A stretch of DNA of 64,000 nucleotides from Narcine bancroftii. Taxonomy: Eukaryota. Each line of letters begins with the position of its first letter. The first letter of the stretch is position 1. Position numbers and translations under genes: made by a program. Below the pieces are notes generated by a model. The model ran no database searches, had not been told where the DNA came from, and saw only the letters and a list, made by a program, of their open reading frames with translations. Where the stretch lies: contig NC_091471.1 of assembly GCF_036971445.1 (NCBI RefSeq), positions 249,054,001 to 249,118,000 on the forward strand. Direction: 5' to 3'. Below, in pieces: positions 49,292 to 61,349 of this stretch.

Positions 49292-52200
49292 ATGGCAGTC
49301 ACAGGAGCTGAATTTCTAGCACTTCGAGGTGCTCCTCATTTTGACCCAACGGGTGATGCAAGCACTGTGAGTGTGAAGTGGAAGGCATGGCTGGAAGAAT
49401 TTGAAGCCAACACCGACAGTCATGGCCTATTTCTCGATAGCAGTATGGCGGAACAGAAAGCGCAGCGGAGGGCGTTATTTCTCTTCACCGCAGGACCCGC
49501 AGTTCGGGAAACTTTTAAGACACTTTCGAATACTGGAAGGAAGGAGGAATACCAGATAGCCGTAGATGCATTGAATGCATACTATGTGGTGACACCGAAT
49601 GCTACATTTCAACGCCGTTTGTTTCGCAAAACAAAACAAGAAGATGGAGAAACGGTTGCCCAGTACGTGACGAGATTGCGACAACTGGCTGTGGGATGCA
49701 ATTACATGGTAGCTGATTTGGACAACCAGTTATTGGATCAAGTTGTGTAGCACTGCAGATCAGACAAACTCAGAAGGCGACTGCTGGAAAAAGGGGGTGA
49801 GTTGAAACTTACCAATGCTTTAACAATGGCTGCTACATTAGAGGCTGTTGAGGGGAAATTTCATACCATGAAACTGAAAGACAACTCAAGCCAGCCCAGT
49901 AAAGACAAAGTTGGTCAACAAGTAAATAGGCTCTTGCATAGCCATAGCCAGCCAAGAAATATGCCGACACATGACTTGGAGTGTTACAGATGTGGAAACA
50001 GAGGTCATTTTGGAAAAGACCCATGCTGCCCAGCAAAAGGCAAAGTTTGTAGAAAGTGTGGAGGTAAGGACCACTTTGCAAAGAAGTGCAAAAGCAAGTC
50101 AAATGCAAACCAGAATGGGAAAGCTTGGGGGAAAGGAAAGTATCCTGGAAAGAAAGGCACTATTCGCCATATAGAAGGTGACCCAGAAAGTGACGATGAT
50201 GATGACAACCAGGATGAGCAGAAATACTATCAGTTTACATTGAATGATGTACATCATGAGAAGGTCCCAGTGATAATTGGTGGTGTGACAGTTCCGGTCA
50301 TTGTAGACTCAGGCAGTGACAGTAATGTAATTGACCGACACTTATGGGAGAAATTGAAAAGAAAAAAAGATAATTTGTACATCAAAGAAGTGTTCAAAGA
50401 AACTGTATCCATACACAGCATCCAAGCCATTGCAGACCATTGGATGTTTCACTGCGACTGTTGAAGCTGGTGACAAGTACACCGAAGCAGAGTTTGTTGT
50501 CATAGACGAAAGGGGAGAACCATTGCTGAGTAGACGCACAGCGCAAGACCTGGCAATACTTCATATTGGAGCTCGTGTCAATTCAGTTCAGTCATACGAG
50601 GATATGAAGCAAGAATTCCCCGCAGTTTTCCAGGGAGTAGGAAAGCTGAAAGGTTGACAACTAAAGCTAGCAGAGGACAAAACGGTCAAACCCAAGGCGC
50701 AACCAGTGCGCAGAATTCCATTTGGACTTCGTGGGAAAGTCGAGGCCAAAATCAAAGAGTTGATCGAGCAAGACATTATTGAACCTGTAGAACATTCAAC
50801 ACAATGGGTCAGCCCAGTAGTGATCGTGCCCAAACCAAATGGTGACATAAGACTGTGTGTTGATAAGAGGATGGCCAATGAAGCTATAATTCGAGAACGA
50901 CACCCCATACCAACAGTGGAGGAAGTACTTCAGGAGTTAACTACCAGTCAGGTGTTCTCAAAAATTGATTTAAAATGGGGCTATCATCAATTAGAGCTGG
51001 ACCCAGAATCCAGGGATGTGACAACATTTGTGACTCACTGTGGATTGTACCGGTACAAGAGACTATCGTTCGGCATCAATGCAGCTCCTGAGATCTACCA
51101 GTACGAAATCCATCGAGTGATTCAAGGCATTCCTGGAGTTGCCAACATTTCTGATGACATATAGTCCATGCGGCTACAAAGGAAGAGCATGACATATGGT
51201 TGAGGCGTGTGCTATTCAGACTACAGGGGGCAGGCCTTACCGTGAATGGAAACAAGTGCCAGTTTGGTGTCTCAGAGATGGACTTCATGGGACACAGGCT
51301 TACACGGGAAGGACTGAACCCAGCTGATGCCAAGGTGAAAGCTGTTGCAGATGCACGTGAACCCCAGAATGCAACGGAGATGAGGAGCTTCTTGGGATTG
51401 GTTAATTATTGCGCAAAGTTCATCCCTAACTTTGCTACACTGGCAGAACCACTGAGGAAACTAACCAGGAAAGGTGTACCATTCCATTTTGGCTCTGAGC
51501 AGAAGGAAGCATTCACAGCTCTGAAACAAAGTCTGACGAATGTCGATACTCTTGGGTATTATGATCCTTCTGCAACAACCAAAGTCATAGCGGATGCTAG
51601 TCCTATTGGTCCAGATGCGTGATGTGGGACCAAGAATCATTGCCTATGCCAGCAGATCTTTGACAGATGTGGAAAGGAGATATTCTCAGACAGAGAAAGA
51701 AGCACTCGGACTTGTATGGGCCTGCGAGAGATTTCATGCATATTTGTATGGCATTGAATTTGAACTCATCACGGACCATAAACCATTGGAGGTGATCTAT
51801 GCCGCCAGGTCCAAACCTTGTGCCAGGATAGAACGATGGGTGCTCAGACTCCAACCGTACAAGTACAGAGTAGTTCACATTGCCAGGAAAGCAAACATTG
51901 CTGATCCGCTGTCCAGATTATTGAAAGATGGATGCCCACAATCCAAGTCAGAATTGGGGACAGAAGCAGAGAGCTTTGTACGCTTCGTAGCTATCCAGTT
52001 GACACCGGAAGCTGTGACAACGAGGGAAGTCGAGAAAGAGTCCGAACATGACCCAGAACTCATGGAAGTTAGAGAATGTATCCAAAGTGAACAACGGGAC
52101 AAATGCATTCACAAGGCCTATATTCCCATTAGAGACGAACTTTGTTGCAGCGGGCAGTGTGTATTGAGGGGGTGTAGATTGGTGATACCACAGAGGATGA

Positions 52201-53393
52201 GACCAAAGATCGTATCATTAGCTCATGAAGGACACCTAGATATTGTTGGTACCAAGCAAAACCTCAGGAGTAAAGTATGGTGGCCAGGTTGTGATAAAGA
52301 CGCAGAGAAATTCGTCAAAACCTGCTATGGGTGTCAACTCACAAGTAGGAGTAATCCTCCAGAGCCGATCGGAGTATGCAGCTCCCGACAGGACCGTGGA
52401 TCGATGTAGCTGTTGATTTTCTCGGACCTTTAGCAACTGGTGAGACAATCATAGTAGTGGTAGATTACTACAGCAGATACTATGAGTACGTTGTGATGAG
52501 GTCAACGACCACTGAAAAAACAATACAAGCATTGGCAGGGATCTTCGCGAGATATGGATTGCCTGTTACGCTATACTCTGAAAATGGTCCACAGTTCATT
52601 TCAGAGACATTTGCTGAATACATGAGGACCACAGGTATCCACCATCATAAAGTAACTCCTAAATGGCCGCAAGCCAATGGGGAAGTTGAGAGACAAAATC
52701 AGTCCATCGAAAAACGATTACGGATTTCTCATGCAGGATAGAACTGGAGAAAAGCATTGCTATCCTATGTAGCTGTCTATCGGGCAACGCCTCATGCAAC
52801 CACAGGAAAAAGTCCAGCAGAAGTACTTTTTGGGAGGAAAATCCGCACAAAAAATGCCCGAAATAAAGGAAATTAGGGACGACCAGGAGATGAGGGACCA
52901 CGATGCTGAAAAGAAGGGAGTAGCAAAGCTGTATGCAGACTCGAGGCGTGGGGCCAGGTACTCAGACATCATGCCTGGAGATAATGTTCTGGTGAGGCAA
53001 GAGAGTGGTGGTAAGCTAGACACACCTTATTACCATCAACCCTATACTGTTGTATCCAGAAGCGGAAGTATGGTGACAGTCAAGTCTCCAGCTGGAGTCC
53101 TGTACAAAAGAAATGTGTCTGGTGTCAAAAAGTACCAATCCAGAGCAACACCGAGTGAAGTGGTTGGAAGTCCAATACGAGATGCTCAACCTGAGAGACC
53201 AGATGATGTTCCAGAGGTAGTTACCAGCATTCCCAATGAAGTGGCCAGAGTACCAGAAACACCAGAGGCCGCAGCGAGCAGTGATTCCGGTGCTGAGGGT
53301 GAACAACCAAGTTGCAACAGTAGCATTGCAGGAAGGCCGAGACGGGACAGGAAACCACCTAAACGATATGAAGATTTTGTGCCATATTTCTAA
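49292..53393 (+). pseudogene. Disrupted gag-pol of the Gypsy element
   Basis: Stops at 49748, 50655, 51162; frame changes near 50365, 51605, 52375, 52740, 52850. Confidence 0.85.
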
Positions 53394-53888
53394 TCATGCC
53401 CGCATTATCACGAAAGTGAAAGTTTGTGATAGTTGGAATGAGTTTCAATGAAGCACAGTAATGCTACTCACCAAGGAAGAGAAATGATAATGGGAACATT
53501 TGGACAGTGATTTGATCAATATATCATAAAGTACATGTATGAGTGCTGTATGAATTGTATTTTTGTTTAGTCGACTATTTGGTATTCAATGAAAAAAAAA
53601 CAAAAGTATTGGAATTTAAACATGGGAGGTGTATAAATTTAAATGTTTACATTTTGCATATGAGGTGAGCATTGTATTAGTATAATTACAGAAGAACAGT
53701 TGAGCTATTATATTACATTGGGTTTACATGTTTATGTTCCATTTTGTGAAGAGGGAATTTGAAGTTGTTTTTGTTTTGAATTTGAAGTTGTTTTGTTGGT
53801 TCAGAAGGCAGAAAAATGCTATTGATAGTGTTAAAGTATTTACATTTAAACATAAAGATATAAAGTTTATTTCTGGTGAAAGGAGGGA

Positions 53889-54074
53889 TGTCATGATAAT
53901 GAATATGCATGATATGTATTAACCTGACCGGAAGTCAGATGGTATGCACTGGAGGTGGAAGGTGCAGGATGAGGAAATAAGGGAAGCAGGAAAATAAAGA
54001 CACGGAGATGTTCAACTGGTAAAGGATGTGGTGATGGTGTTATTAATTTCACATTTCGGGCCACAAATGTGACA
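53889..54074 (+). repeat. 3' LTR (186 bp, TG...CA) preceded by polypurine tract
   Basis: gaaaggaggga-TGTCA...TGACA; ~95% match to 49083-49228. Confidence 0.9.
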
Positions 54075-54812
54075 CCCCCCCCCCACCCCCGTCAGTCGCG
54101 ACCCCCACTGTCAATCAACACGCCACCTGTCAATGGCGTCCCCTGACCCCCAGCAGTGTCCCGCTGCCGCAAATATTGAGCTGTCACAACTGGAGTGGCG
54201 TTCATAGTAGCGGCAGTTCACAGATTCCCACTCTCCCCCCTTCCCCACTGCAACGACCCCTCTCCCTAACCCCCCCCCCCCACCCCCCATGGCAGCAACC
54301 TCTCTCCCGCTGATCATGGTAACACCCTCGCCCCCGCGGCAGTGACCTCACTCCACCCCCCCCAATTGTGGCGTCATCTCCCCCTTGCGGCAGCGACCTC
54401 TCCCACCCTGGGCCCTGCGGCAGCAACCCCTCTCCCCGATCGCGGCAGGCACTTCACCCAGTGGTTTCCCTGTGATGCCGGTGCGCAAACACTGACGTCG
54501 CAGGAGTAACTGGGTTGGCCATTTTGCTGTTCAAACCGCCGGAGGACGCGCCCTGGGTAAGTTTAACTGGGTTCCCTGACTCCCTCCGAGGAAGGGGAGG
54601 GACCTGGATGGATTTGGACCCCGCTGACCCGGGTCAGACCCTTTCAAGCTGCCGCGTGAGTAGGACACTAACCGGGCAAATTGACCAGTTAATCTCATTT
54701 TACACGGCAGCTTGAAAGGGCCTAGTGGCTTGATTCCGCCTTTAATTCAGTTCCAGATACACTGGCCTGTATCCGCATCACTCGGGGCTCCCCCACCCGG
54801 GCGCCGCCTCAC

Positions 54813-54847
54813 CGCAAGATCTTGTTGGGTCTCCTCGGATCCGCCAT
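54813..54847 (-). CDS. WDR83OS: WDR83OS (Asterix/PAT10) exon 1
   Basis: MADPRRPNKILR with gtgag donor, phase 2; four exons total 306 nt = 101 aa. Confidence 0.92.
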
Positions 54848-54916
54848 GATGTTGGCGACCAGATTCTGACCTTTCTCCTCGGAAGCGGAAGTTGGTCGCC
54901 GGGCTCCTCAGGCGCC
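54848..54916. promoter_or_regulatory. Head-to-head WDR83OS/WDR83 interval with tandem ETS (GABPA-type) sites
   Basis: CGGAAGCGGAAGT at 54880-54892 in CpG-rich DNA between the two ATGs. Confidence 0.7.
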
Positions 54917-55019
54917 ATGGCGTTTCCTTCTCCGCGTCCGCGACCCCCGCGGTTTCCCACCCAGCAGTTCAGGAGCTATGAGTGTAATCAGGGCGCGGTG
55001 AGGGCCGTGCGCTTCAACG
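54917..55019 (+). CDS. WDR83: WDR83 (MORG1) coding exon 1
   Basis: gccATGG; MAFPSPRPRPPRFPTQQFRSYECNQGAVRAVRFN; G/gtgagt. Confidence 0.93.
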
Positions 55020-55139
55020 GTGAGTGGCCGGGGAGTTGCCATGCTGACAGGTTCACTGAGAAGGGGTGGCGATAACCTAGCAACGGAGTGGCGGACGCGC
55101 CCCCTGGCGGCGGGAAGGAGCTCATCCCATTTCATGGGA

Positions 55140-55325
55140 TCATCCTGTGTCCACTCGCCTCATCCTCATGTCCACCTTCCCCCTCATGTCCACTCTCCTC
55201 ATCCTCATGTCCCGTCTCCTCGTCCTCATGTCCACCTTCCCCCTCATCCTTATTTCCACCTCATCCTCATGTCCCCTCTCATCCTCATCCTCATATCCAC
55301 CTTCCCCATCACTCTGATGTCCACT
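55140..55325. repeat. Low-complexity tandem repeat (cctcat/gtccac units)
   Basis: Reiterated cctcatgtccac and cctcatcctcat. Confidence 0.8.
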
Positions 55326-55329
55326 TTCG

Positions 55330-56220
55330 TGTGTAGCTGTATCAGCTGTGCATGGACGAAAGTACAAGGGCACCAAGTGCAGGAATGTGCCGATCTGTCC
55401 CAGGTGTGGGAAGGATGGACACGGCATTGTTACTGTGAAATGTCCTAGTCAGCTGAACTTTGCTACACTACCCGGAGTAAAGATTTTTTTTCCCAGACAA
55501 ATACATTTGACCACAAGTCCATCAGGCAACGGTCAGCATGGAACATTTTGCAGATACTGAGAGACAAGAGCTTGATGGACCTGGTGGGGTGGTTCCTTGA
55601 TCTGACAGTCCAGGTCATCTGGCTGGAAGTAGGAGAAGCCCTCCCAGTCAGATTCTTTCTATATGACAGAAATATCACACACGTTGTCCCCGAGATGAAT
55701 ACCATGGAGTGGAGGCAGTTGCCCACCTCTTTACAGAATGCAGATTTGCAAAATATCTGTAGAGAAGGATGCAAGGGTCCTTAACACAGTTCATCCCCTG
55801 CATGCTAGTGGGCTCTCAGAACTGCTGCAAGATCATAAACTTGGTGAAAGATGCCAAAATCTGTTGGTCTTTCAGCACACAGATGTTGTTGCAGGAATGC
55901 TGCCGACTGGCACATTCCAGGCTGCGGATGTACTTGCTGTGGGACGCACTGAGGCTTGGTGCAGTCAATGTGAGAACGCTGTGGGAAAGGACAATAGTCT
56001 TGAGTCCTTCCAACTTTGGGCATTGAGGGGCTGAGAATGAGGGGAAGCCCATCAAACAGCAGAGGGGAGAGTAACGACAAGGTGCCACAATGGTGGTAAT
56101 GGTGTGAAGAGAGAACTAATCTAACAATGTACATTGATGGAAATGCATGCATATGACATTGAGGATGTGAAAAGACTTTGAAAGGTTTTCTTCTTTGAAA
56201 ATAATTTATTGTGAATAAAA
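55330..56220 (+). mobile_element. Tx1/L1-like LINE remnant
   Basis: Zinc-knuckle remnant CRNVPICPRCGKDGH, then ORF2 C-terminal INLVKDA..LLVFQH..CCRLAHSRL..DALRLGA, ending aataaa. Confidence 0.6.
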
Positions 56221-56569
56221 TCTATTTTTGGAATAAAAAATTTCTCCTGCCCATTGGGGGAAACAGCCTGCGCAGTGTGCCATCCCATCCTCAAGTGGCC
56301 CCACAACCACCCACCCCTTCCTGGAGAACTCTTGTGTGTGCTACTGCATTTATCCTGCCTCATCTTTTCCTGTCCCCTTACTGGGATGCCATTAGCCTAC
56401 CATCTGGTGTTGAGGGAGAGACCATATTTACCTCGGTTGCATTCAGTTTTACCCATGTCAAAATATCAGAGCATCCCAGGATGCCCATTGCAGAAGGCAC
56501 ATTGTGCCTTTGTTGGCTTGTTCAAGAAACAGTAGAATTGGTTACTTCAGCTCTGTTCCAGTCTCTCAT

Positions 56570-57085
56570 GAGACCACACTTGGAATGTTGTGTTCTGTTC
56601 TGGTCACATTACAGGAAGGATGTGGAGGCTATGGAGAGGGTGCAGAGGAGACTTACCAGGATGCTGCCTGGATTAGAAAATAAGTTTTATGATGTCAGGT
56701 TAGCAGAGCTGCAACTTTTCTCTTTGGAATGTAGAAGGATGAAATGAGACTAATAGGTCTACAAGATTATGAGAGGTAGAGATAATATAAACAGCCAGTG
56801 CCTTTTACCCATGGTGGGAGTAGCAAACATCAGAGGATCTCTGTGCAAAGTGAAGGGAGGAAGTTTTTTTTTACACAGAGTGTGGGTGCTTGGAATGCAT
56901 TTCCAGGGGTGGTGGTGGAGGCTGAAACAATTGGGGCATTTCAGTCTCTCAGACAGGCACATGGATGAAAGAAAAAATAGAGGGTTATGAAGTAGGGGGG
57001 ATTTAATTTTTTTTTTGGGTAGGTTTATATAGGTTGGCACAACATATGGGTTGAAGGGACTGAACTGGAATATTCTACATCTATG
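56570..57085 (+). mobile_element. CR1 LINE 3' fragment
   Basis: RPHLECCVLFWSHYRKDVEAMERVQRRLTRMLPGL. Confidence 0.85.
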
Positions 57086-57611
57086 CCTAAACCTTGGCTG
57101 AACTGTTGTCCATGAGAAAGGGGAGAAGCAAAGGTTAAATGAGATGGTGCTGATTAGGCAGTTGAAACTTTGGAATTAAAAGTAGAAATTCTGGAAGAAA
57201 AGGTGTGATGGGGTAACTGGAGGCACATACGGTGATAAGTTTATGATGTGTCGTGCATTGGGATTTCACCAATGCAAGGTTAAAGTGTGGTGGTGATGCT
57301 GAATTGCTTTCTAGGACTGCTGCAGTCCATCTTGTGAAGGTGTTCCCAGGCAGTTAAATCTGAATGAAATAGAACTCCAACTCCACTCACCACCCTGTGT
57401 GAACTATTAAAACAACCAATTCCAGGGTCATCACCAAACTCCAAATGAACTTAAGTTCACAGACTATCCATTAACATTTGTTATTGTAAGGGATGTCAAG
57501 TTTTCCACTGTACTGTATAGAGAGAATGATAAATGGTGTATTCCAGGCATCCTGTCATCGTGTTCTAACTCACAGCAAGGTTGTGGTTGTGCGAGTGTGG
57601 ATCGTCTCGGG

Positions 57612-58412
57612 CAGGGATGGCCAAACCACGGCCCACGGGCCAACTGCAGCCCGTTGCCCATTTTTAAGTGGTCCGTTAGAACAGTCTCTATCAATAAATT
57701 GCACTATACGTACATTGCACTTCTTAGTTTCGACACTAGATGTCGCTGCCATTTTGAACAACCTCTAGACTGACTGTTGCAATGTTACTCATCAGTGAAA
57801 ACATTTACCTCAGTTAAAAAATGTTTACCTCTGTTGATTAAACATGGCAGAACCGAAAAGACGAAAAATAGCAAGGGAGAGCTGAAAATTTGAGACACGG
57901 TGGGAAAATGAATAAATGATACTTCACAGAAGTCAAGGGAAAGTGTGTATGTTTGATTTATAAGGAATCTGCTGACTTTCATGGCCTATCTACAGATTTA
58001 CACATTGGATCTTTATCATTAAGGTGGACACTTGGACCATGAACTGTATTCATTGAGAGTTGTGGAGGGATGTTGGAGATGACCTTGTCCCTTTCGTGAT
58101 CTTTTCTCCTGTTCTTATTTTGAACCCAGCTTTTTGAATGAGAGTTTTAGAGAGTTTTATTGTATTCATTGAAATTAAAGAGCAGCAGATACAGAAATGC
58201 CAACTGTAATATGTGAGCACATCATAAACTACTGTAATGCCAATGGTTCAACAGTTCAGTGGTGTTGTATAGTTATTTTGATAAAAAATGGGGTTTTCTG
58301 ATTTTTCTTGCAGTGTAACTGGTTGAAAATTGCCAGGCTTAATATTGTTTGGCCTGTGACTTCTTATATTTTTCTGTATGTGGCCCACGTCCAAAAAGGT
58401 TTGGCCACCCCC
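57612..58412 (+). mobile_element. hAT (Charlie/SPIN-like) internally deleted element
   Basis: TIRs cagggatggccaaacc / ggtttggccaccccca; N-terminal transposase remnant MAEPKRRKI..YFTEVKGKCVCLI at ~57844. Confidence 0.7.
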
Positions 58413-58495
58413 AGACTAGGCGATTATGTAAGATTCACATTTTGTAATGGTATTTGAATGCTAATTCTGTTGCAATATTGTCTGCTCCCATCCAG

Positions 58496-58616
58496 TGGAC
58501 GGGAATTATTGCCTGACCTGTGGCAGTGACAAAACCCTGAAGCTGTGGAATCCGCATCGAGGGAAGTTCTTGAAGACCTACACTGGCCATGGGTACGAGG
58601 TTCTGGATGCAGTTGG
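58496..58616 (+). CDS. WDR83: WDR83 coding exon 2
   Basis: VDGNYCLTCGSDKTLKLWNPHRGKFLKTYTGHGYEVLDAV; ccag/gtaag. Confidence 0.95.
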
Positions 58617-59019
58617 GTAAGACGCTCCCTGGCAGGCTGCCTGCGCTGATGCCATTTTCCGTGCATGACAGGACTATTATTATTTCAATGGCAGGCGATT
58701 GCTGCATGCTGCCGTGCAGGAGGACTTGGGAGGGCTTGTGCATGAATCGCAGAAGTTTGGTTTGCAGGTGCAGCAGGCTAACAAGAAGGCCTTCATTGCT
58801 AGAGTGAGTTTAGGAGCAGGAAGGTTATACTGCAAATGTACAAGGTACAGGTGGAGTATTGCATGCAGTTCTGGTCTCCTTACTTGAGAAAGAATGTACT
58901 GGCTTTAGGTGGGGTGCAGAGGAGGTTCACCAGGTTGATTCCAAAGGAATGGGAGAATAGGCTATAAGGAGAGGTTGAGTCACCTGGGGACTGTACTCAC
59001 TGGAATTTATAAGAAAGAA

Positions 59020-60360
59020 TCAGAATTTATTGTCATCAACAAGTCAGTGTTTTGTAGTAGCATCATAGTGTAAGCATTCATTTAAACCACTTTTACAACA
59101 AATAAAATAAAAATAGTGCACGAAAAGTAAGGCAGGGTCTTTGGTTCATTGATTATTCAGGAATCTGATGGAAGCAGGAAAGAAGCTGTCCTTGTGCTGC
59201 TGAGGGCTCGTTTTTAGGCTCCCGTACCATTTCCCCAATGGTAGCAGAGTGAAGAGGGCATGGCCTGGGTGGTGGGGATCTTTGAAGATTGAGGCTGCTT
59301 TTTTAAGACACCACCTTTTGTAGACGTCCTCGATGGAGTGAAGTCTGGTGCCTGTGATGTTGCAGGCCAAGTTAACAACTCTCTGAAGTTTATTCTTGTC
59401 CTGAGAGTTGGGGCCTCCATACCAGCTAGTGATGCAACCAGCCAGAATACTTTTCACAGTAGAAGTTTTTGAGTTTTTGGTGACATACTGAATCTCCTCA
59501 GACACCTCACAAAGTATAGCAGCTGGCAATCCTTCATGATTTCATTGACATGGAAGCTCCAAGACAGATCCTCAGAGATGTTAACACCCTGGAATTTGAA
59601 GTTCCTGACCCTCTCCACTACTGAGCCCTTGATGAGGACTGGGTCATGTTCCTCTGACTTCCTCCTGAAGTTAACACTCACCTCCTTGGATTTGCTAATG
59701 TCGAGCGCAATATTGTCGGTATGACACCACTCCATTAGCTCATCTATCTCCCTCCTGTACGCTTCCTCATTGCAGACTTGTAGATGGCATTGGAATTGTG
59801 CTTGGCCACACAATTATGGGTGTATAATGAGTAGAGCATGTATCTGCGGGATGTGCCTGTGTTGATAATCTGTGAGGAGGAGACCTTGTTTCCAATTTGT
59901 ACTGGCTGTGTCTTCCAATGAGGAAGTCAAGAATCCAGTTGCAGAGGCCGAGAGTTTGTAGCTTCTTCAATAATGGTGTTGAAAGCTGACCTGTAGTCAA
60001 TGAAGAGGTATGAGTTGCTGTTTTCGAGGGCAGTCAGAGCTGAGTGGAGAGCCAGCGATCTGGAGTGATTGTGACAATAGGCGAATTGCAGTGGGTCCAG
60101 ATCTTTGCTTAAGTGTGTGTTAATTCTGGCCATAACCAACCTCTCAAAGCATTTCATCACAGTAGAAGTTAGTGCTACTGGGCAGTAGTCATTGAGGCAG
60201 CCCACGCTACTCTTCTTGGGCACCGGGATGATTTATGCCCTTTTGAGGCAGGTGGGAACCTCTGACTGCAGCAAGGAGAGGTTGAAAATGTCCATGAACA
60301 CTCTGGCTAGTTGGTTGGTGCAGATTTTCAGTACCCTGCCAGGTACACCATCAGGGCCTG
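59020..60360 (-). mobile_element. Rex/Babar-like LINE fragment
   Basis: [43 protein letters not shown] motifs. Confidence 0.85.
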
Positions 60361-60810
60361 ACCCCCATGAAGATAAAAGTGTATAAAATTATGAAAAACA
60401 TAGATGAAAGATAGGTTGTTTCCATTGGAGGGGGAGACTAAAACTAGCAGAACAGCCTCAAGGTTTAGGGGAGTAGATTTAGGACAGAGGTGAGGAGGAA
60501 CTGCTTTTCCCAGAGGGTGGTGAATCTGTGGAATTCATTTCCCATTGAAGCTGTGGAGGCAACCTCAGTATTTAAGACAAGATCGGATAGATTTTTACAT
60601 AGTAGGGGAATAAAGGGATATGGGCGGGAAGGGGGGGTGGGGGAAGGCAGGTAGGTGGAGATGAGCCCATCAGCAGATCTGCATGACTGTCCTCCCAATG
60701 CTGTGTGGTGCTGCCCAATCTCTGGCGCTTCCTTCTGCTGACCCTGTGGGTTGAATGGCCTCCTCTCTACCTTGTGCATAAAGAACAGGAGCAGAAATGC
60801 TGGAAAGCAC

Positions 60811-61020
60811 AATGCTGGAGAAACTTAGCAGGTCCAACAGTGAACTTTATATTAGCACAGATAAAGGTACATAACCAATGTTTCAGGCTTAAGCCCTTCA
60901 TCAAGATATAAACAAAATGTCGTTCCTTGATGAAGGGCTTAAGCCTGAAACATTGGTTATGTACCTTTATCTGTGCTAATATAAAGTTCACTGTTGGACC
61001 TGCTGAGTTTCTCCAGCATT
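60811..61020. repeat. 95-bp inverted repeat (94/95 identical, 20-nt spacer) of a Penelope-like terminal repeat
   Basis: Arm 60811-60905 is the reverse complement of 60926-61020. Confidence 0.95.
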
Positions 61021-61243
61021 TCTGTGCTTTTACTTCAACCAGTGTCTGCAGACTTTTGTGTTTTCCTCGCAGGACCAAAAGTTCTGGTTATAGTTGCCCC
61101 ACTGATTTTCTTCAACCCATCTGTTGTTTTGATTCTGCTCTAACCCACTGCCCCTCCCTCAAACCCCAGGCCCTGCGGTTTTGGCCAAGTGAATCATTTG
61201 CCTTTGGACTGCCTTCACCAGTCTAACTTCTCACCTCCTTCAG

Positions 61244-61349
61244 GTCCTGCGACAACAGCCAGATCTGCTCCTGCAGTGGTGACAAAACCATCATCCTCTG
61301 GGACGTGGCGACGGGGCAGCTGCTCCGGAAATTCCGGGGCCATGGAGGG
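61244..61349 (+). CDS. WDR83: WDR83 coding exon 3
   Basis: SCDNSQICSCSGDKTIILWDVATGQLLRKFRGHGG WD40 repeat; tcag/gtaag. Confidence 0.95.

Larger units (their letters stand above)
49083..54074 (+). mobile_element. Decayed Ty3/Gypsy LTR retrotransposon, Mag-like
   Basis: LTRs 49083-49228 and 53889-54074; PBS and PPT present; gag with two CCHC-type knuckles, protease VDSGS, RT (IDLKWGYHQ, ISDD), RNase H (ADAS, TDHKPL), integrase in Gypsy order; several stops and frameshifts. Confidence 0.93.
48829..54722. mobile_element. CpG-rich non-autonomous TIR DNA transposon (~0.9 kb own sequence) split by the Gypsy element
   Basis: Ends ta-ggcacttttaagctgc and gcagcttgaaagggcc-ta (16/18 inverted match); subterminal ttt(t/c)aagctg repeats. 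Confidence 0.7.

Noticed and set aside
49748-49750. TAG in gag as a programmed readthrough site
   Set aside because: Lies mid-gag, fits a CAG>TAG decay, and the element has many other lesions
55020-55448. His/Pro-rich 142-aa ORF
   Set aside because: Translation of an intronic low-complexity repeat beginning at the WDR83 donor GTG
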